Shown here: one piece after another, positions 10,135-20,188 of the stretch
Position numbering within the stretch: position 1 is the stretch's first letter
Layout of the letters: the number at the start of each line of letters is the position of its first letter
Virus record (IMG/VR): IMGVR_UViG_2897375277_000002
From: a virus
Lineage: Duplodnaviria > Heunggongvirae > Uroviricota > Caudoviricetes
Strand: one strand, 5' to 3'
DNA: 47,882 bases
The notes under the pieces: generated by a model
Seen by the model: the letters and a program-made list of their open reading frames with translations, nothing else
Database searches by the model: none
What the model was told of the DNA's origin: nothing
Made by a program: the position numbers and the translations under genes

Positions 10135-12680
10135 CGTCCACCTCCGGAGAACAGACCACCATCGCGCATCTGTGCCTGAATTTCATCACGGGCACCCTTG
10201 CGGGCCATGTCATACACTGCCTTCAGCATCTGTGGACCTGGCAGACCATTCGTACCGTCGTTCTGAATCACCACGTTGTTGTTCTGCTCAAATCTGATAC
10301 CCTCTGAACGCCGCATTTGCGCCGGACTTCCGGTGCCACCGACATAACCACCGGTGGCATAGCCGCGCATCAGCCGGTAAAGATTCCCCACGCCAATCCG
10401 GCTGGTTGCCTCCTTCGTGAAGACAAATTCACCACGGTGAACAATCCCCGCTGGCTCATATTTGCCGCCGGTTCCCGTAAATCCTCCGGTCGCAAAATGG
10501 AATTTCGCCGCAGCTGCCTGAATGGCTGTGCCGCCTGACGCTGATGCGCCGCCGCCAATGGCGCTGCCTATACTTCCGACAATCCCCACCATTGCCTGCT
10601 TAAGCAGAATTTCTGTCATCATGGACAGCACGGAGCGGGTGAAGCTGCGCCAGTTCTGTTCACTGCCGGTCAGCATCGCCGCCATATTCTGTGCAATACC
10701 ATCAAAGGTCTGCGTGGCAGCACTTTTAACCTGCGACATACTGTCCGTGGCGCTCTCTTCCCACTCACTCCAGCCTGACCTGAGGCCTGCCATCCAGCTC
10801 CCGCGAAGCTGGTCTTCAGCTGCCCAGGTCTTTTTCTGCTCTGACATGACGTTATTCAGCGCCAGCGGATTATCGCCATACTGTTCCTTCAGGCGCTGTT
10901 CCGTGGCTTCCCGCGCTGCCTGCCGGTCAGTCAGCCCCCGGTTTTTTGCATCAATGGCGGCCCGTTTTGCCCGTTGCTGCTGTGCGAATTTATCCGCCTG
11001 CTGTGCCAGCGCGTTCAGGTGCTCCTGATAGGTGACCTTGTCGCCAAGTGCAGCCAGCTGGCGTTTGTACTCCAGCGTCTCATCTTTATGCGCCAGCAGG
11101 GATTTCTCCTGTGCAGACAGCTGGCGACGTTGCGCCGCCTCCTCCAGTACCGCGAACTGACTCTCCGCCTTCCACAAATCCCGGCGCTGCTGGCTGATTT
11201 TCTCATTTGCTCCGGCATGCTTCTCCAGCGTCCGGAGTTCAGCCTGAAGCGTCAGCAGGGCAGCATGAGCACTGTCTTCCTGACGATCGCCCGCAGACAC
11301 CTTCACGCCGGACTGTTTCGGCTTTTTCAGCGTCGCTTCATAATCCTTTTTCGCCGCCGCCATCAGCGTGTTGTAATCCGCCTGCAGGATTTTCCCGTCT
11401 TTCAGTGCCTTGTTCAGTTCTTCCTGACGGGCGGTATATTTCTCCAGCGGCGTCTGCAGCCGTTCGTAAGCCTTCTGCGCCTCTTCGGTATATTTCAGCC
11501 GTGACGCTTCAGTATCGCTCTGCTGCTGCGCATTTTTGTCCTGTTGACTCTGCTGTTCAGCCTTCTTTCTCGCGGCTTCAAGCGCAAGACGGGCCTTTTC
11601 ACGATCATCCCAGTAACGCGCCCGCGCTTCATCGTTAACAAAATAATCATCCTTGCGCAGACTCCAGATGTCGTCCGCTTTCTTAAACGCAGCCTCTGCC
11701 TTAATCAGCATCTCCTGCGCGGTATCAGGACGACCAATATCCAGCACCGCATCCCACATGGATTTGAATGCCCGCGCTGTCCTGTCTGCCCAGGTCTCCA
11801 GCGTACCCATGTTCTCTTTCAGGCGGCGGGTCTGGTCATCAAACCCTTTCGTCGCGGCCTCGTTCGCCGCCTGCAATGCCCCGGCTTCATCGCCGGAACG
11901 CTGCAACTGAGCAACATACGCAATCTGCTCCGCCGTCACGTTATGGAACTGGCGTGCCATCGCTGTCAGCCCTGACGTCGGGTCTGTGGTCAGCTTCCCG
12001 AAGGCTTCAGCGACCTTGTCCACCTCCACGCCGGATGCAGAGGAGAAACGCGCCACACTCTGGCTGATGGACGCAATCTGAGCCTCACCGCTTACCCCCG
12101 CCTTAACCAGTGCGCTGAGTGACTCGCTGGTCTGGTTAAACGTCAGCCCTGCCGCCTGCCCGGCTCTGGACAGGACCAGCATACGATCTGCCGTCAGTCC
12201 CGCCTGATTGCCGGAAAGGACCAGCGTTTTGTTGAAATCGGACAGGGTTGAGTTGCCCTGATACCAGGCATACGCCAGCGCACCGGTCGCCACCGCCAGC
12301 GAGGTGGTCCCCACCATCGACAGGGTGATCGCACCGGCAAGCCCCCTGAACATGGGGATCATCCCGCCGAAGGAGTCCTTCACCTGCCCCCCCTGTTGCA
12401 GCAGGATCAGCCACGGACTTTGCCCGCCTGCAAGCTGCGTGGCCACGTCGGTGAACTGTGCAGGCAGCATACGCATGGCGGCTTTATACTGCCCGATGGA
12501 AATCCCCGCTTTCTGTGCAGCCAGCGCCTGTCGGCTCAGCGACTGTTCAACGACTGCCGCTGTTTTTTTCGCATCACTTTCCGTACCGGAAAAATGACGC
12601 CTGACTCTGGCCATCTGCTCGTCAAATCTGGCCGCATCCAGACTCAAATCAACGACCAGATCGCCTACCGGTTCAGCCAT
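10131..12680 (-). CDS. H: tail tape measure protein H
   Basis: 849-aa ORF, coiled-coil rich with Gly-rich C-terminus; position after G/T; lambda gpH-like. Confidence 0.9.
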   Translation of the reverse strand: MAEPVGDLVVDLSLDAARFDEQMARVRRHFSGTESDAKKTAAVVEQSLSRQALAAQKAGISIGQYKAAMRMLPAQFTDVATQLAGGQSPWLILLQQGGQVKDSFGGMIPMFRGLAGAITLSMVGTTSLAVATGALAYAWYQGNSTLSDFNKTLVLSGNQAGLTADRMLVLSRAGQAAGLTFNQTSESLSALVKAGVSGEAQIASISQSVARFSSASGVEVDKVAEAFGKLTTDPTSGLTAMARQFHNVTAEQIAYVAQLQRSGDEAGALQAANEAATKGFDDQTRRLKENMGTLETWADRTARAFKSMWDAVLDIGRPDTAQEMLIKAEAAFKKADDIWSLRKDDYFVNDEARARYWDDREKARLALEAARKKAEQQSQQDKNAQQQSDTEASRLKYTEEAQKAYERLQTPLEKYTARQEELNKALKDGKILQADYNTLMAAAKKDYEATLKKPKQSGVKVSAGDRQEDSAHAALLTLQAELRTLEKHAGANEKISQQRRDLWKAESQFAVLEEAAQRRQLSAQEKSLLAHKDETLEYKRQLAALGDKVTYQEHLNALAQQADKFAQQQRAKRAAIDAKNRGLTDRQAAREATEQRLKEQYGDNPLALNNVMSEQKKTWAAEDQLRGSWMAGLRSGWSEWEESATDSMSQVKSAATQTFDGIAQNMAAMLTGSEQNWRSFTRSVLSMMTEILLKQAMVGIVGSIGSAIGGGASASGGTAIQAAAAKFHFATGGFTGTGGKYEPAGIVHRGEFVFTKEATSRIGVGNLYRLMRGYATGGYVGGTGSPAQMRRSEGIRFEQNNNVVIQNDGTNGLPGPQMLKAVYDMARKGARDEIQAQMRDGGLFSGGGR

Positions 12681-13511
12681 ACCGGACTCCTCCTGCGATC
12701 CCTTCTGATACTGTCATCAGCATTACGTCATCCTCCGTCATGTCCGCCACATCCGGGGAAGCGGGGATAACTTCATTCCCGTCCGGGCCAAAACGAACGC
12801 CTCCGGCAAGCCCTGCCGCTTTCTGCATCAGCACATCATCTTCAGGCTCTTCGTCAGCCTCGCGCCGGTTCAGCAGACTGAAATCCAGCGGATGCATATC
12901 CGGATCGCTGAAAAACAGGCTGAGCACGGTGTACGTCAGCCCGGAAAAGTGCATATCCAGCAGAACATCATGAAAATAATGGGTACTGTAAAAGCGGTGC
13001 CAGTCGGCATACTCCGTGGATGACATCCCGGCAAGCATGGCGCGCCAGTCGGGTCGCCCCATCTCACGCGCCAGTTTCAGGGCAAAACTCAGCTCACCGT
13101 CGAACACTTTCCCGCAGAAACAGGCTCTGCTGGCCCGGCGTCATCTGCCTGTTCAGGGGCATTATTCACCACAAACTCATACATTCCGGACAGCCGGTAC
13201 ACCACGTTTTCAGCATGAGAAATTGCCTCCGTGGGCCAGGTGGTAAGCACTTCCAGCTCAATCTGTTTAACGGCTTCATTCATGGACGGCATCTGCGTCT
13301 TCTGCGGATGGTTATGCCACAGGGACATCGCCACCAGAAACGCGCCGGTTCTGATGGCGTCTTCCACAGTAAACTTCCGGTTGCTGTCTGACTCCGCCTG
13401 TTCTGCCTGCCGTTTCATCAGGGCGAGATGCTCAATGCGCTGCAGGGCTGACAGTTCAGAAAGCGTGACGGTCACACCGTTATGTTCAAATGATTCGGTT
13501 TTCAGGAACAT
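12673..13511 (-). CDS. G-T: tail assembly chaperone G-T fusion (requires -1 programmed ribosomal frameshift)
   Basis: T frame (ORF 12673..13107; VFDGELSFALKLAREMG...) opens exactly at the slippery heptamer at the end of G; there is no independent ATG start for T. Confidence 0.75.
13089..13511 (-). CDS. G: tail assembly chaperone G
   Basis: 140-aa ORF MFLKTESFEHNGVTVTLSELSALQRIEHL... matching lambda gpG. Confidence 0.9.
   Translation of the reverse strand: MFLKTESFEHNGVTVTLSELSALQRIEHLALMKRQAEQAESDSNRKFTVEDAIRTGAFLVAMSLWHNHPQKTQMPSMNEAVKQIELEVLTTWPTEAISHAENVVYRLSGMYEFVVNNAPEQADDAGPAEPVSAGKCSTVS
13107..13113 (-). other. slippery heptamer G GGA AAG for the G->T -1 frameshift
   Basis: Minus-strand GGGAAAG (ctttccc on + strand) in the G zero frame (GGA-AAG = Gly-Lys), 5 codons before the G stop. 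Confidence 0.8.
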
Positions 13512-13526
13512 CGCTGACTCTCCGGA

Positions 13527-14213
13527 TTAACTGGCGGTGACGGTAATTTCTGCAACCGCAGCAAACTCACCATTACCGGATACAACCGGAATGTTGACCT
13601 TGCCTGCAGCAACGCCGTTCACGGTGATGGTCATACCACTGACCGACACGGTGGCTTTTGTTTTATCCGCAGACACCGCACGAAAGCTCTTGTCGGTTAC
13701 GCCCTCCGGCTGGAAGGCCACGGTCAACGTGGTGCTCTGCCCTTTCACCACCGAGGTGCTGGCAGGCGTGACGGTCATGCCGGTTGCCGCTGTTACCGTG
13801 CTGCGATCTTCTGCCATCGACGGACGTCCCACATTGGTGACTTTCACCGTGCGGGTGATCACTTCCTTCGCCGTCACCGCCTTACCGATACTGCTGACCC
13901 AGCCACGGAACACATCGACCGTGCCGTTCGGGAAGCGGATTTTATAGGCACGGGTATCGCCTTCATTAAACCACGCCAGCAGCGCCTGCTGCCCCTGCTC
14001 TCCGGGCATCCACGCCAGCGTGAAGCTGGTATCTCCGGCAGATTTCTGCCCCTGCCCGGTCGCAGTCCAGTCTGCATCTTCATCATCGAGATAGCTGTCG
14101 TCATAGGACTCAGCGGTCAGTTCGCCGGGCGTCAGGTCTTTAACTTTTGCCAGACGCGACCAGTCAACGTCTGAAAGCGGATTCGCATAAGGGTCACCGC
14201 TCCCCTTATAAAC
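13527..14213 (-). pseudogene. V: major tail protein V, C-terminal fragment (gene split by IS insertion)
   Basis: In-frame translation ...[18 protein letters not shown]...AEITVTAS matches lambda gpV from about residue 19 onward; the frame runs into the IS end at 14214. Confidence 0.9.
14206..14213. repeat. 8-bp target site duplication TTATAAAC (left copy)
   Basis: Identical 8-mer flanks both IS ends (14206-14213 and 16913-16920); both copies are V coding sequence. Confidence 0.8.
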
Positions 14214-14243
14214 GTAAGCGACTCGTCAGAACCGTATTGATAT

Positions 14244-15815
14244 TTACTGAGAGCTCAGATCAACTTTCCAGGGCAACAGATCGCGTACCCGGTTTGCCGG
14301 CCAGTCCTGGATATGTTCAATGACGTAACGCAGCCACTTTTCTGGCTCCACATTGTTCAGACGGCATGTGCCGATCAGCGAGTACAACACCGCCGCATGT
14401 TCACCACCGCTGTCGGAACCCGCGAACATCCAGTTTTTCCGGCCTACGGCCACTCCCCGTAAGGCGTTCTCTGCGATGTTGTTGTCGATTTCCACCCAGC
14501 CATTACTGCAGTACACGTTCAGTGCATCCCACTGTTTCAGCAGGTATGCGAACGCTTTTGCCGTATCTGAGTGACGCGACAGTGTTTTCATCTGTTGCTG
14601 TATCCAGTCATACAGTGACTGCATCAGTGGCGCGGCTCTGGCTTTTCTTGCCGCCAGACGCTGTTCTGCTGAACAGCCCCGGACCTCTGCCTCGATGGCA
14701 TACAGTTCACCGATACGCTGCAGGGCTTCCGTGGTGATGTAGGTGGGCGCTCTTGCATGCACATCGTGGATTTTTCTCCGGGCATGAGCCATACACGCGG
14801 CTTCCGTTATTCTGCCGGATTCGTATAACGCCCGGTAACCACCGTAAGCATCGGCCTGAAGCACACCGCTGTAACCGGCCAGGTGATTTTGTGGATGGAT
14901 ACCTTTCCGGTCCGGACTGTACGCGAACCAGACCGCCGGGGGCATCTGTGAACCGGCGTTACGGTCATCACGGACGTAGACCCACAGCCGGGCTGTCCGG
15001 GTTTTACCGCTGCCCGGCTCCTGGACCGGGACGGGGATATCATCAGCATGGACTTTACCGGGCATCAGCACATACTGGCGCAGGACGTCATACAGCGGCT
15101 CCAGCAGTTCAGCAACAGCACCTGTCCAGCGCCCCAGTGTGGCACGGCTCAGCTCCACTCCCTGACGACGGTATATTTCTGACTGGCGGTATAACGGCAG
15201 ATGGTCTGCATATTTCCCGGTGACAACATGGGCCAGAAGCCCCGCTCCGGCATAACTGCGTGCAATGGGTTTTGAAGGTACTGGTGCCTGCACGATATGG
15301 TCGCACCGGCAACAGGCCTGTTTCGGACGTTGTGTTTCGATAACCTTAAAGGCGCTGCTGATAAGCTCCAGTTGCTCTGACACATCACATCCCAGAGAAC
15401 TGAGTTCACCACCACAGGCAGGACAGCATTCCTCTTCCGGCCGGATAACCCGGGTTTCACGGGGAAGTGAGGCCGGTAACGGTTTACGGGCTGAAGACTG
15501 GCGCAGGGCGGATGGCAGTACCGGGTCATATTGCTCACCCAGCGTTTCCGCCATTTCTTCCTGAAGTGCGCTGATTCGCTCCTGTGCTTCCTGTATCTGC
15601 CGTTCGGTTTTTGCACGAAGTTTTTCTGAGCTTTTACCGAACTGCATACGTTGCAGTTTCGCAACCAGCGCCTTCAGCCGGTTGATTTCGGAAGCATAAG
15701 CCGCCACCCGCTGTGAGAGCAGGCGGTTGTATTCAGCCATCTGGCGGATGGTGTCCTGTTGCGTCTGCAACAGTGCCCGCAGGCGGGCGTTCTCATGAGC
15801 AAGTGAGGTGTCCAT
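14244..15815 (-). CDS. IS66-family transposase (TnpC-like)
   Basis: 523-aa ORF with N-terminal coiled coil and CxxC zinc-finger motifs (CCPACGGE...CCRCDH), typical of IS66 transposases. Confidence 0.85.
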   Translation of the reverse strand: MDTSLAHENARLRALLQTQQDTIRQMAEYNRLLSQRVAAYASEINRLKALVAKLQRMQFGKSSEKLRAKTERQIQEAQERISALQEEMAETLGEQYDPVLPSALRQSSARKPLPASLPRETRVIRPEEECCPACGGELSSLGCDVSEQLELISSAFKVIETQRPKQACCRCDHIVQAPVPSKPIARSYAGAGLLAHVVTGKYADHLPLYRQSEIYRRQGVELSRATLGRWTGAVAELLEPLYDVLRQYVLMPGKVHADDIPVPVQEPGSGKTRTARLWVYVRDDRNAGSQMPPAVWFAYSPDRKGIHPQNHLAGYSGVLQADAYGGYRALYESGRITEAACMAHARRKIHDVHARAPTYITTEALQRIGELYAIEAEVRGCSAEQRLAARKARAAPLMQSLYDWIQQQMKTLSRHSDTAKAFAYLLKQWDALNVYCSNGWVEIDNNIAENALRGVAVGRKNWMFAGSDSGGEHAAVLYSLIGTCRLNNVEPEKWLRYVIEHIQDWPANRVRDLLPWKVDLSSQ

Positions 15816-15834
15816 ATCCTCACTTTACAACGGG

Positions 15835-16182
15835 TTATATGCGGATTCCAGCGCGTTCCGTTCGTTTCGGGTGCTTCCAGTTGATACCTTCAAGAAGCAT
15901 GGATAACTGAGCCGGAGTAAGGTGCACCTTGCCGTCACGGGTGACTGGCCAGACGAAGCGGCCCCGCTCCAGGCGTTTGGTGAAGAGGCACAGTCCGTCA
16001 CTGTCAGCCCACAACACTTTTATCTGGTCACCCCGGCGTCCGCGGAAGATGAACAGGTGTCCGGAGAACGGGTCATCCTTCAGGACGTTCTGAACTTTTG
16101 ATGCCAGGCCGTTAAAGCCATTTCGCATATCGGTGATACCTGCAACCAGCCAGATACGCGAACCTGCAGGGAGAGATATCAT
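15835..16182 (-). CDS. IS66 Orf2-like accessory protein (TnpB-like)
   Basis: 115-aa ORF MISLPAGSRIWLVAGITDMRNGFNGLA... typical IS66 orf2 product; ATGA overlap with the upstream ORF. Confidence 0.8.
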   Translation of the reverse strand: MISLPAGSRIWLVAGITDMRNGFNGLASKVQNVLKDDPFSGHLFIFRGRRGDQIKVLWADSDGLCLFTKRLERGRFVWPVTRDGKVHLTPAQLSMLLEGINWKHPKRTERAGIRI

Positions 16183-16859
16183 CAGTGGCTGCTCCCTTTT
16201 ATTTCGCGGATAAGTGTCTGTAATAACGCCGGCGTCAGTTTACCTTTAAGCCTGAGAGTTCCGGCCGGCAGAACCAGCTCACAACACAGACTGTCGGACG
16301 GTGTATTTATCTGCTCTGGTTCCTGTGCGGGGGCCGGGATTTTATTATCCGGCTCCGGCGTTAACGTCACGGGAAGCAGTGCCGGCATATTTTTTCCGGA
16401 AGGCAGCAGGCCACCTTTCCGGTATTGATGGCGCCAGTTGAAGAGCAGGTTATCGTTGATTCCGTTTTCCCGGGCGATCTGCGCCACACAGGCTCCGGGC
16501 TGCAGTGACTGCTCCACTAAGGCGATTTTAAACTCATAAGGGAAGTTGGGCCGCCGGGGACGTTTTTTTACCATGGGGGCTTCGGATATAACGGTGCTTT
16601 CAGGACGTACGACTGGTACCGTGGAAAATTGTCCGTAAAGGCAGGCATCAAGTTCCTGCTCCGACATGCCTGCGGGCAAAGGCCACGAAAGGCCAGCTCT
16701 CCGAAAGCGCACGAACATACTACAAACTGTTGATTTTGGTACACCCAGGCGACGCCCGGCCACAACCCGGGGTAAATGTTCTTCAAAGTGAAGACGTAAA
16801 GCTTCAGTGATCCAGGTCCGGTGTTTCATACGATAGTGTCCATTAAAAATGATGGACAT
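16182..16859 (-). CDS. IS66-family accessory protein (TnpA-like, HTH)
   Basis: 225-aa ORF, first gene of the IS operon; longer than typical TnpA so the true start may be internal. Confidence 0.6.
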   Translation of the reverse strand: MSIIFNGHYRMKHRTWITEALRLHFEEHLPRVVAGRRLGVPKSTVCSMFVRFRRAGLSWPLPAGMSEQELDACLYGQFSTVPVVRPESTVISEAPMVKKRPRRPNFPYEFKIALVEQSLQPGACVAQIARENGINDNLLFNWRHQYRKGGLLPSGKNMPALLPVTLTPEPDNKIPAPAQEPEQINTPSDSLCCELVLPAGTLRLKGKLTPALLQTLIREIKGSSH

Positions 16860-16912
16860 TATTTTTGTAGAGCCGGAGGAAACAGACCAGACGGTTTAAA
16901 TGAGCCGGTTAC

Positions 16913-16920
16913 TTATAAAC
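16913..16920. repeat. 8-bp target site duplication TTATAAAC (right copy)
   Basis: See left copy. Confidence 0.8.
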
Positions 16921-16974
16921 CCACAGGGTGGTCCCGGCACCTTTCACCGGCATTGTAGGATTTGGTACAGGCAT
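16913..16974 (-). pseudogene. V: major tail protein V, N-terminal fragment
   Basis: ATG at 16974 followed by [20 protein letters not shown], the lambda gpV N-terminus as recalled; interrupted at the IS boundary. The two fragments sum to 741 nt (246 aa + stop). Confidence 0.85.
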
Positions 16975-16981
16975 AGCGTCC

Positions 16982-17377
16982 TCACATTTCATAGGTAATG
17001 ACATAAGTCAGATCGGCTGAACTCCACAGGCCCGCATCATCGTCGCGCCGGTAGTCATAGCCGCTGGCCACCATACTGGTGATCAAATCTGACAGTGCCG
17101 GGATATCGCTCATCACCGGATAAATCCGGGACTCCATCCACGCATCCAGCTCTGAATCCGGCACCTGAGCAGGCAGGAAAACTTCGATATGCAGCTCCGC
17201 CTGCCAGGTATCGCTGTCCAGCTCTTCGCCCGTGTATTCAGCGCCGGTGAGATAAACGGCAACTGCCGGAAAATCCGCCTCATCAAAAACAGCGGGGCGA
17301 CCATCAAAAAACGTCGCCCCGGTGTCATGCTTCTCCAGTGCATCCAGTACGGCTGCACGGAGTTCAGTATGTTTCAT
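16982..17377 (-). CDS. U: tail tube terminator protein U
   Basis: 131-aa [29 protein letters not shown]... matching lambda gpU. Confidence 0.9.
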
Positions 17378-17952
17378 CGCTTTATTACCATCCTCAGTTG
17401 ATGCTGCAGCGCATAGCCCAGCTCTTTCGGAAGACGTTCACGCCGTATCCGCTCAATATTTTGTTTAAACGCCGTGGTCAGCGGCACCGCCATCGGGATT
17501 TTCACCACATCAATGGGGTAACGGTTTTTCCCGGCCACACGCTGCATGACATGCCACCGGCCATTTTTCAGTTGCTGAATAAACGCGCCGGGAATACGAC
17601 GGTTACCCACCACAAGCACGCTGCCGCCACCTTTCAGGGATGAACGCTGCCCCTTTTTACGACGCCTGCGGCGCGAAAGGAAAACCCGCGCATTACCCAG
17701 CTTGATTACGGGCAAATCCCCCCGGTTAACTTTGATTCTGGCCTGCGGATTTTTGACCGTGGCCCTTTTCAGCCTGGCCCTTTCCTTTACCAGTTTCCGG
17801 CGTACCTTTGTCTCACGAGCAACCTGTGACGCCGACTGCGATATCGCGGATGAAGCAACGCGGTTAATGGCCATTGCGGCGGCACCAGGCACCGCCGTTT
17901 TGCTGATACGGCTGAGGTTTTCAATGGCCTGCTCAAGACCTTTTATGGCCAT
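17374..17952 (-). CDS. Z: tail completion protein Z
   Basis: 192-aa ORF MAIKGLEQAIENLSRISKTAVPGAAAMAINRV... matching lambda gpZ. Confidence 0.9.
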   Translation of the reverse strand: MAIKGLEQAIENLSRISKTAVPGAAAMAINRVASSAISQSASQVARETKVRRKLVKERARLKRATVKNPQARIKVNRGDLPVIKLGNARVFLSRRRRRKKGQRSSLKGGGSVLVVGNRRIPGAFIQQLKNGRWHVMQRVAGKNRYPIDVVKIPMAVPLTTAFKQNIERIRRERLPKELGYALQHQLRMVIKR

Positions 17953-17963
17953 ACATCCCCCTT

Positions 17964-18317
17964 TCAGCGGCGACGGTTAACGGCAGGCGGTACGCCCCGC
18001 CCAAGCCAGAGATGACAGCTTCCACCATCATCCGGCGAAACCCGGTCTATCCAGAAGTTTTCCTCACCGATGGTCAGCGTGTCTCCACGCCGCAGCTGCC
18101 GCACATCATCAGTCCGGACAAACAGGGACGGGCTGGAGCCTTCAACGCGCACGCCCTGTCCGGCATAGCTGATATTTTCAGGGTCATCAAAAACACCACG
18201 TATTACTGCGCCGGACTGCTCACCGGATGTCATGGTGGCTGACGTTCCCATGTACCCGCGTATCGTTTCATCGGCGCGGACAATGGCAGCATCGAACAGG
18301 TTATCGAAATCAGCCAC
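17964..18317 (-). CDS. FII: head-tail joining protein FII
   Basis: 117-aa ORF ADFDNLFDAAIVRADETIRGYMG...; start codon here is GTG. Confidence 0.9.
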   Translation of the reverse strand: MADFDNLFDAAIVRADETIRGYMGTSATMTSGEQSGAVIRGVFDDPENISYAGQGVRVEGSSPSLFVRTDDVRQLRRGDTLTIGEENFWIDRVSPDDGGSCHLWLGRGVPPAVNRRR

Positions 18318-18328
18318 AGCGCCTCCCG

Positions 18329-18724
18329 TTATTGCATTCTGGCCAGGCCGCGCTCTGTCATTTCGGCTGCCACACCGGCAGAGACACGAAACGCCGTTCC
18401 CGGCAGCACAAATGCCACAGGTTCATCCCGCGTGGCGTGAAGTGCATCGGTATGCAGCGTCACCAGTGCCACAACCGTGACCAGAGCAGCCGTATCAGTC
18501 ACGGTATCCGTCTGTGCTGATACCACCTCATTTTCATGTCCGGTCAGCGCATTTTCCGGGCTGACAGACGAGTCCTGACCGGCTCCGTCATCCGTGTAAT
18601 CAAGCTCCTCTTCCAGCTCTGCCACACGGAGCGCCAGTTCTTCTTTCGTCCCCGTCAGGCTGACATCACGGTTCAGTTGCTCACCCAGCGACCGGAGACG
18701 GGCAATCAGTTCATCTTTCGTCAT
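18329..18724 (-). CDS. FI: DNA packaging protein FI
   Basis: Start set at internal ATG (MTKDELIARLRSLGEQLNRDV...) giving 132 aa as in lambda FI; ORF track extends 13 codons upstream. Confidence 0.85.
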   Translation of the reverse strand: MTKDELIARLRSLGEQLNRDVSLTGTKEELALRVAELEEELDYTDDGAGQDSSVSPENALTGHENEVVSAQTDTVTDTAALVTVVALVTLHTDALHATRDEPVAFVLPGTAFRVSAGVAAEMTERGLARMQ

Positions 18725-18765
18725 GGACTCCTCCACAGAGAGAAAATGGCCCCTAAGGGCCATGA

Positions 18766-19791
18766 TTACGCCAGTTGAACGGACACGAACTCATCAGGAT
18801 CAGCCAGCAGCATCAGCGGTGCTGACTGAATCATGGTGAACTCTCGCGCCGGATCGCCGGATGTCTTCCAGTTTTTCGGATAACGGGGAGACGCATTAAT
18901 ACCCTCACTCAATGCATCCGCATCCTGAATACAGCCATAGGTGCGCAGACCGCGTGCATGAGTGTTACCCAGCACCATCGTGTTGTCCGGCAGGAAGTTC
19001 TTTTTGACGCCGTTTTCCACGTACTGTCCGGAATACACGACGATGGCCACATCGCCATACATTCCCTTATAAGACACCGCTTTGCCCAGGTCTTTTACCG
19101 CTGTCTCCAGTTCGGAATGAGAGCCGCGACGGGTATCCAGCTTCTCCCTGACGGCTTTGAAGGAACGGAACAGCGCCCAGCCTTTCGGGTCAAACACGAT
19201 GATATTCACCACGCCGCTGGCGTTCAGCGCGTAGGCTTCGATATCGTCGGTCGGGTCATACGTGGACTTGTCACGCTTGCTCCACTCCGTGCCGCCGGAC
19301 TGCGTGATGTTGTTCGCCGCACTGCGGCCCATATCCACCTCAACCGGATCGAAGGCTTCACCGGTCATGGTGTATTTGCCCTTGAGCACGGCAGAAACTG
19401 CCTGCATCTCTTCGACCTGAGCAATGGCCAGCTCTTCGTCACGCATGTTCTGCATGATGATGCGACGGCGGCGGTAAGCCGGGTCCGCCAGATTCTGCGG
19501 ATCTTCATCCGGCAGGCGACGCAGGGTCATCTGCGGATTCACTTCATGCTTGGGTTTGACATATCCCGGCGTAAATTCAGAGGTGGAGCCGCCACGGGAA
19601 CGGATAACCTCACCGGAAACAATCGGCGAAACGTACAGCGCCATGTTTACCAGTCCCGGAATTTGTGAGAGATAGACTTTCTCCGTAGTGAAGGGATAGC
19701 TCTCACGGAAAAAGAGACGCAGAAACAGCGGATCAAACTTAAATTTCTGCTCATTTGCCGCCAGCAGCTGGGCGGTTGTGTACATCGACAT
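18766..19791 (-). CDS. E: major capsid protein E
   Basis: Start set at MSMYTTAQLLAANEQKFKFDPLFLRLFF... (341 aa), matching lambda gpE; ORF track extends 9 codons upstream. Confidence 0.95.
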   Translation of the reverse strand: MSMYTTAQLLAANEQKFKFDPLFLRLFFRESYPFTTEKVYLSQIPGLVNMALYVSPIVSGEVIRSRGGSTSEFTPGYVKPKHEVNPQMTLRRLPDEDPQNLADPAYRRRRIIMQNMRDEELAIAQVEEMQAVSAVLKGKYTMTGEAFDPVEVDMGRSAANNITQSGGTEWSKRDKSTYDPTDDIEAYALNASGVVNIIVFDPKGWALFRSFKAVREKLDTRRGSHSELETAVKDLGKAVSYKGMYGDVAIVVYSGQYVENGVKKNFLPDNTMVLGNTHARGLRTYGCIQDADALSEGINASPRYPKNWKTSGDPAREFTMIQSAPLMLLADPDEFVSVQLA

Positions 19792-19846
19792 AAAAAAATC
19801 CCGTAAAAAAAGCCGCACAGGCGGCCTTTAGTGATGAAGGGTAAAG

Positions 19847-20179
19847 TTAAACGATGCTGATTGCCGTTCCGGCAAACGCGGTCCGTTTTTTCGTCTCGTC
19901 GCTGGCAGCCTCCGGCCAGAGCACATCCTCATAACGGAACGTGCCGGACTTGTAGAACGTCAGTGTGGTGCTGGCCTGGTCAGCAGCAACTGCAAGAATG
20001 CCAACGGCAGCACCGTCGGTGGTGCCATCCCACGCAACCAGCTTACGGGTGGAGGTGTCCAGCATCAGCGGGGTCATTGCAGGCGCTTTCGCACTCAATC
20101 CGCCGGGCGCGGTTGCGGTATGAGCCGGGTCACTGTTGCCCAGCGGCTGGTAATGGGTAAAGGTTTCTTTGCTCGTCAT
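19847..20179 (-). CDS. D: capsid decoration protein D
   Basis: [31 protein letters not shown]... 110 aa, matching lambda gpD. Confidence 0.95.
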   Translation of the reverse strand: MTSKETFTHYQPLGNSDPAHTATAPGGLSAKAPAMTPLMLDTSTRKLVAWDGTTDGAAVGILAVAADQASTTLTFYKSGTFRYEDVLWPEAASDETKKRTAFAGTAISIV

Positions 20180-20188
20180 AAACATCCC

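Larger units (their letters stand above)
14214..16912 (-). mobile_element. IS66-family insertion sequence (about 2.7 kb, three ORFs) inserted in gene V
   Basis: Ends GTAAGCGACTCGTCAGAACCGTATTG / GTAACCGGCTCATTTAAACCGTCTGG form imperfect terminal inverted repeats starting GTAA; flanked by 8-bp direct repeats; contains tnpA-tnpB-tnpC-like ORFs. Confidence 0.85.

Noticed and set aside
10522-12067. Series of + strand ORFs (10522-11028, 10974-11504, 11207-11638, 11544-11975, 11768-12067) antisense to H
   Set aside because: All nested antisense within the tape-measure gene, overlapping each other, low-complexity; no support as genes.
18958-19668. 236-aa + strand ORF antisense to major capsid gene E
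   Set aside because: Antisense to a highly conserved structural gene; no RBS or family features.
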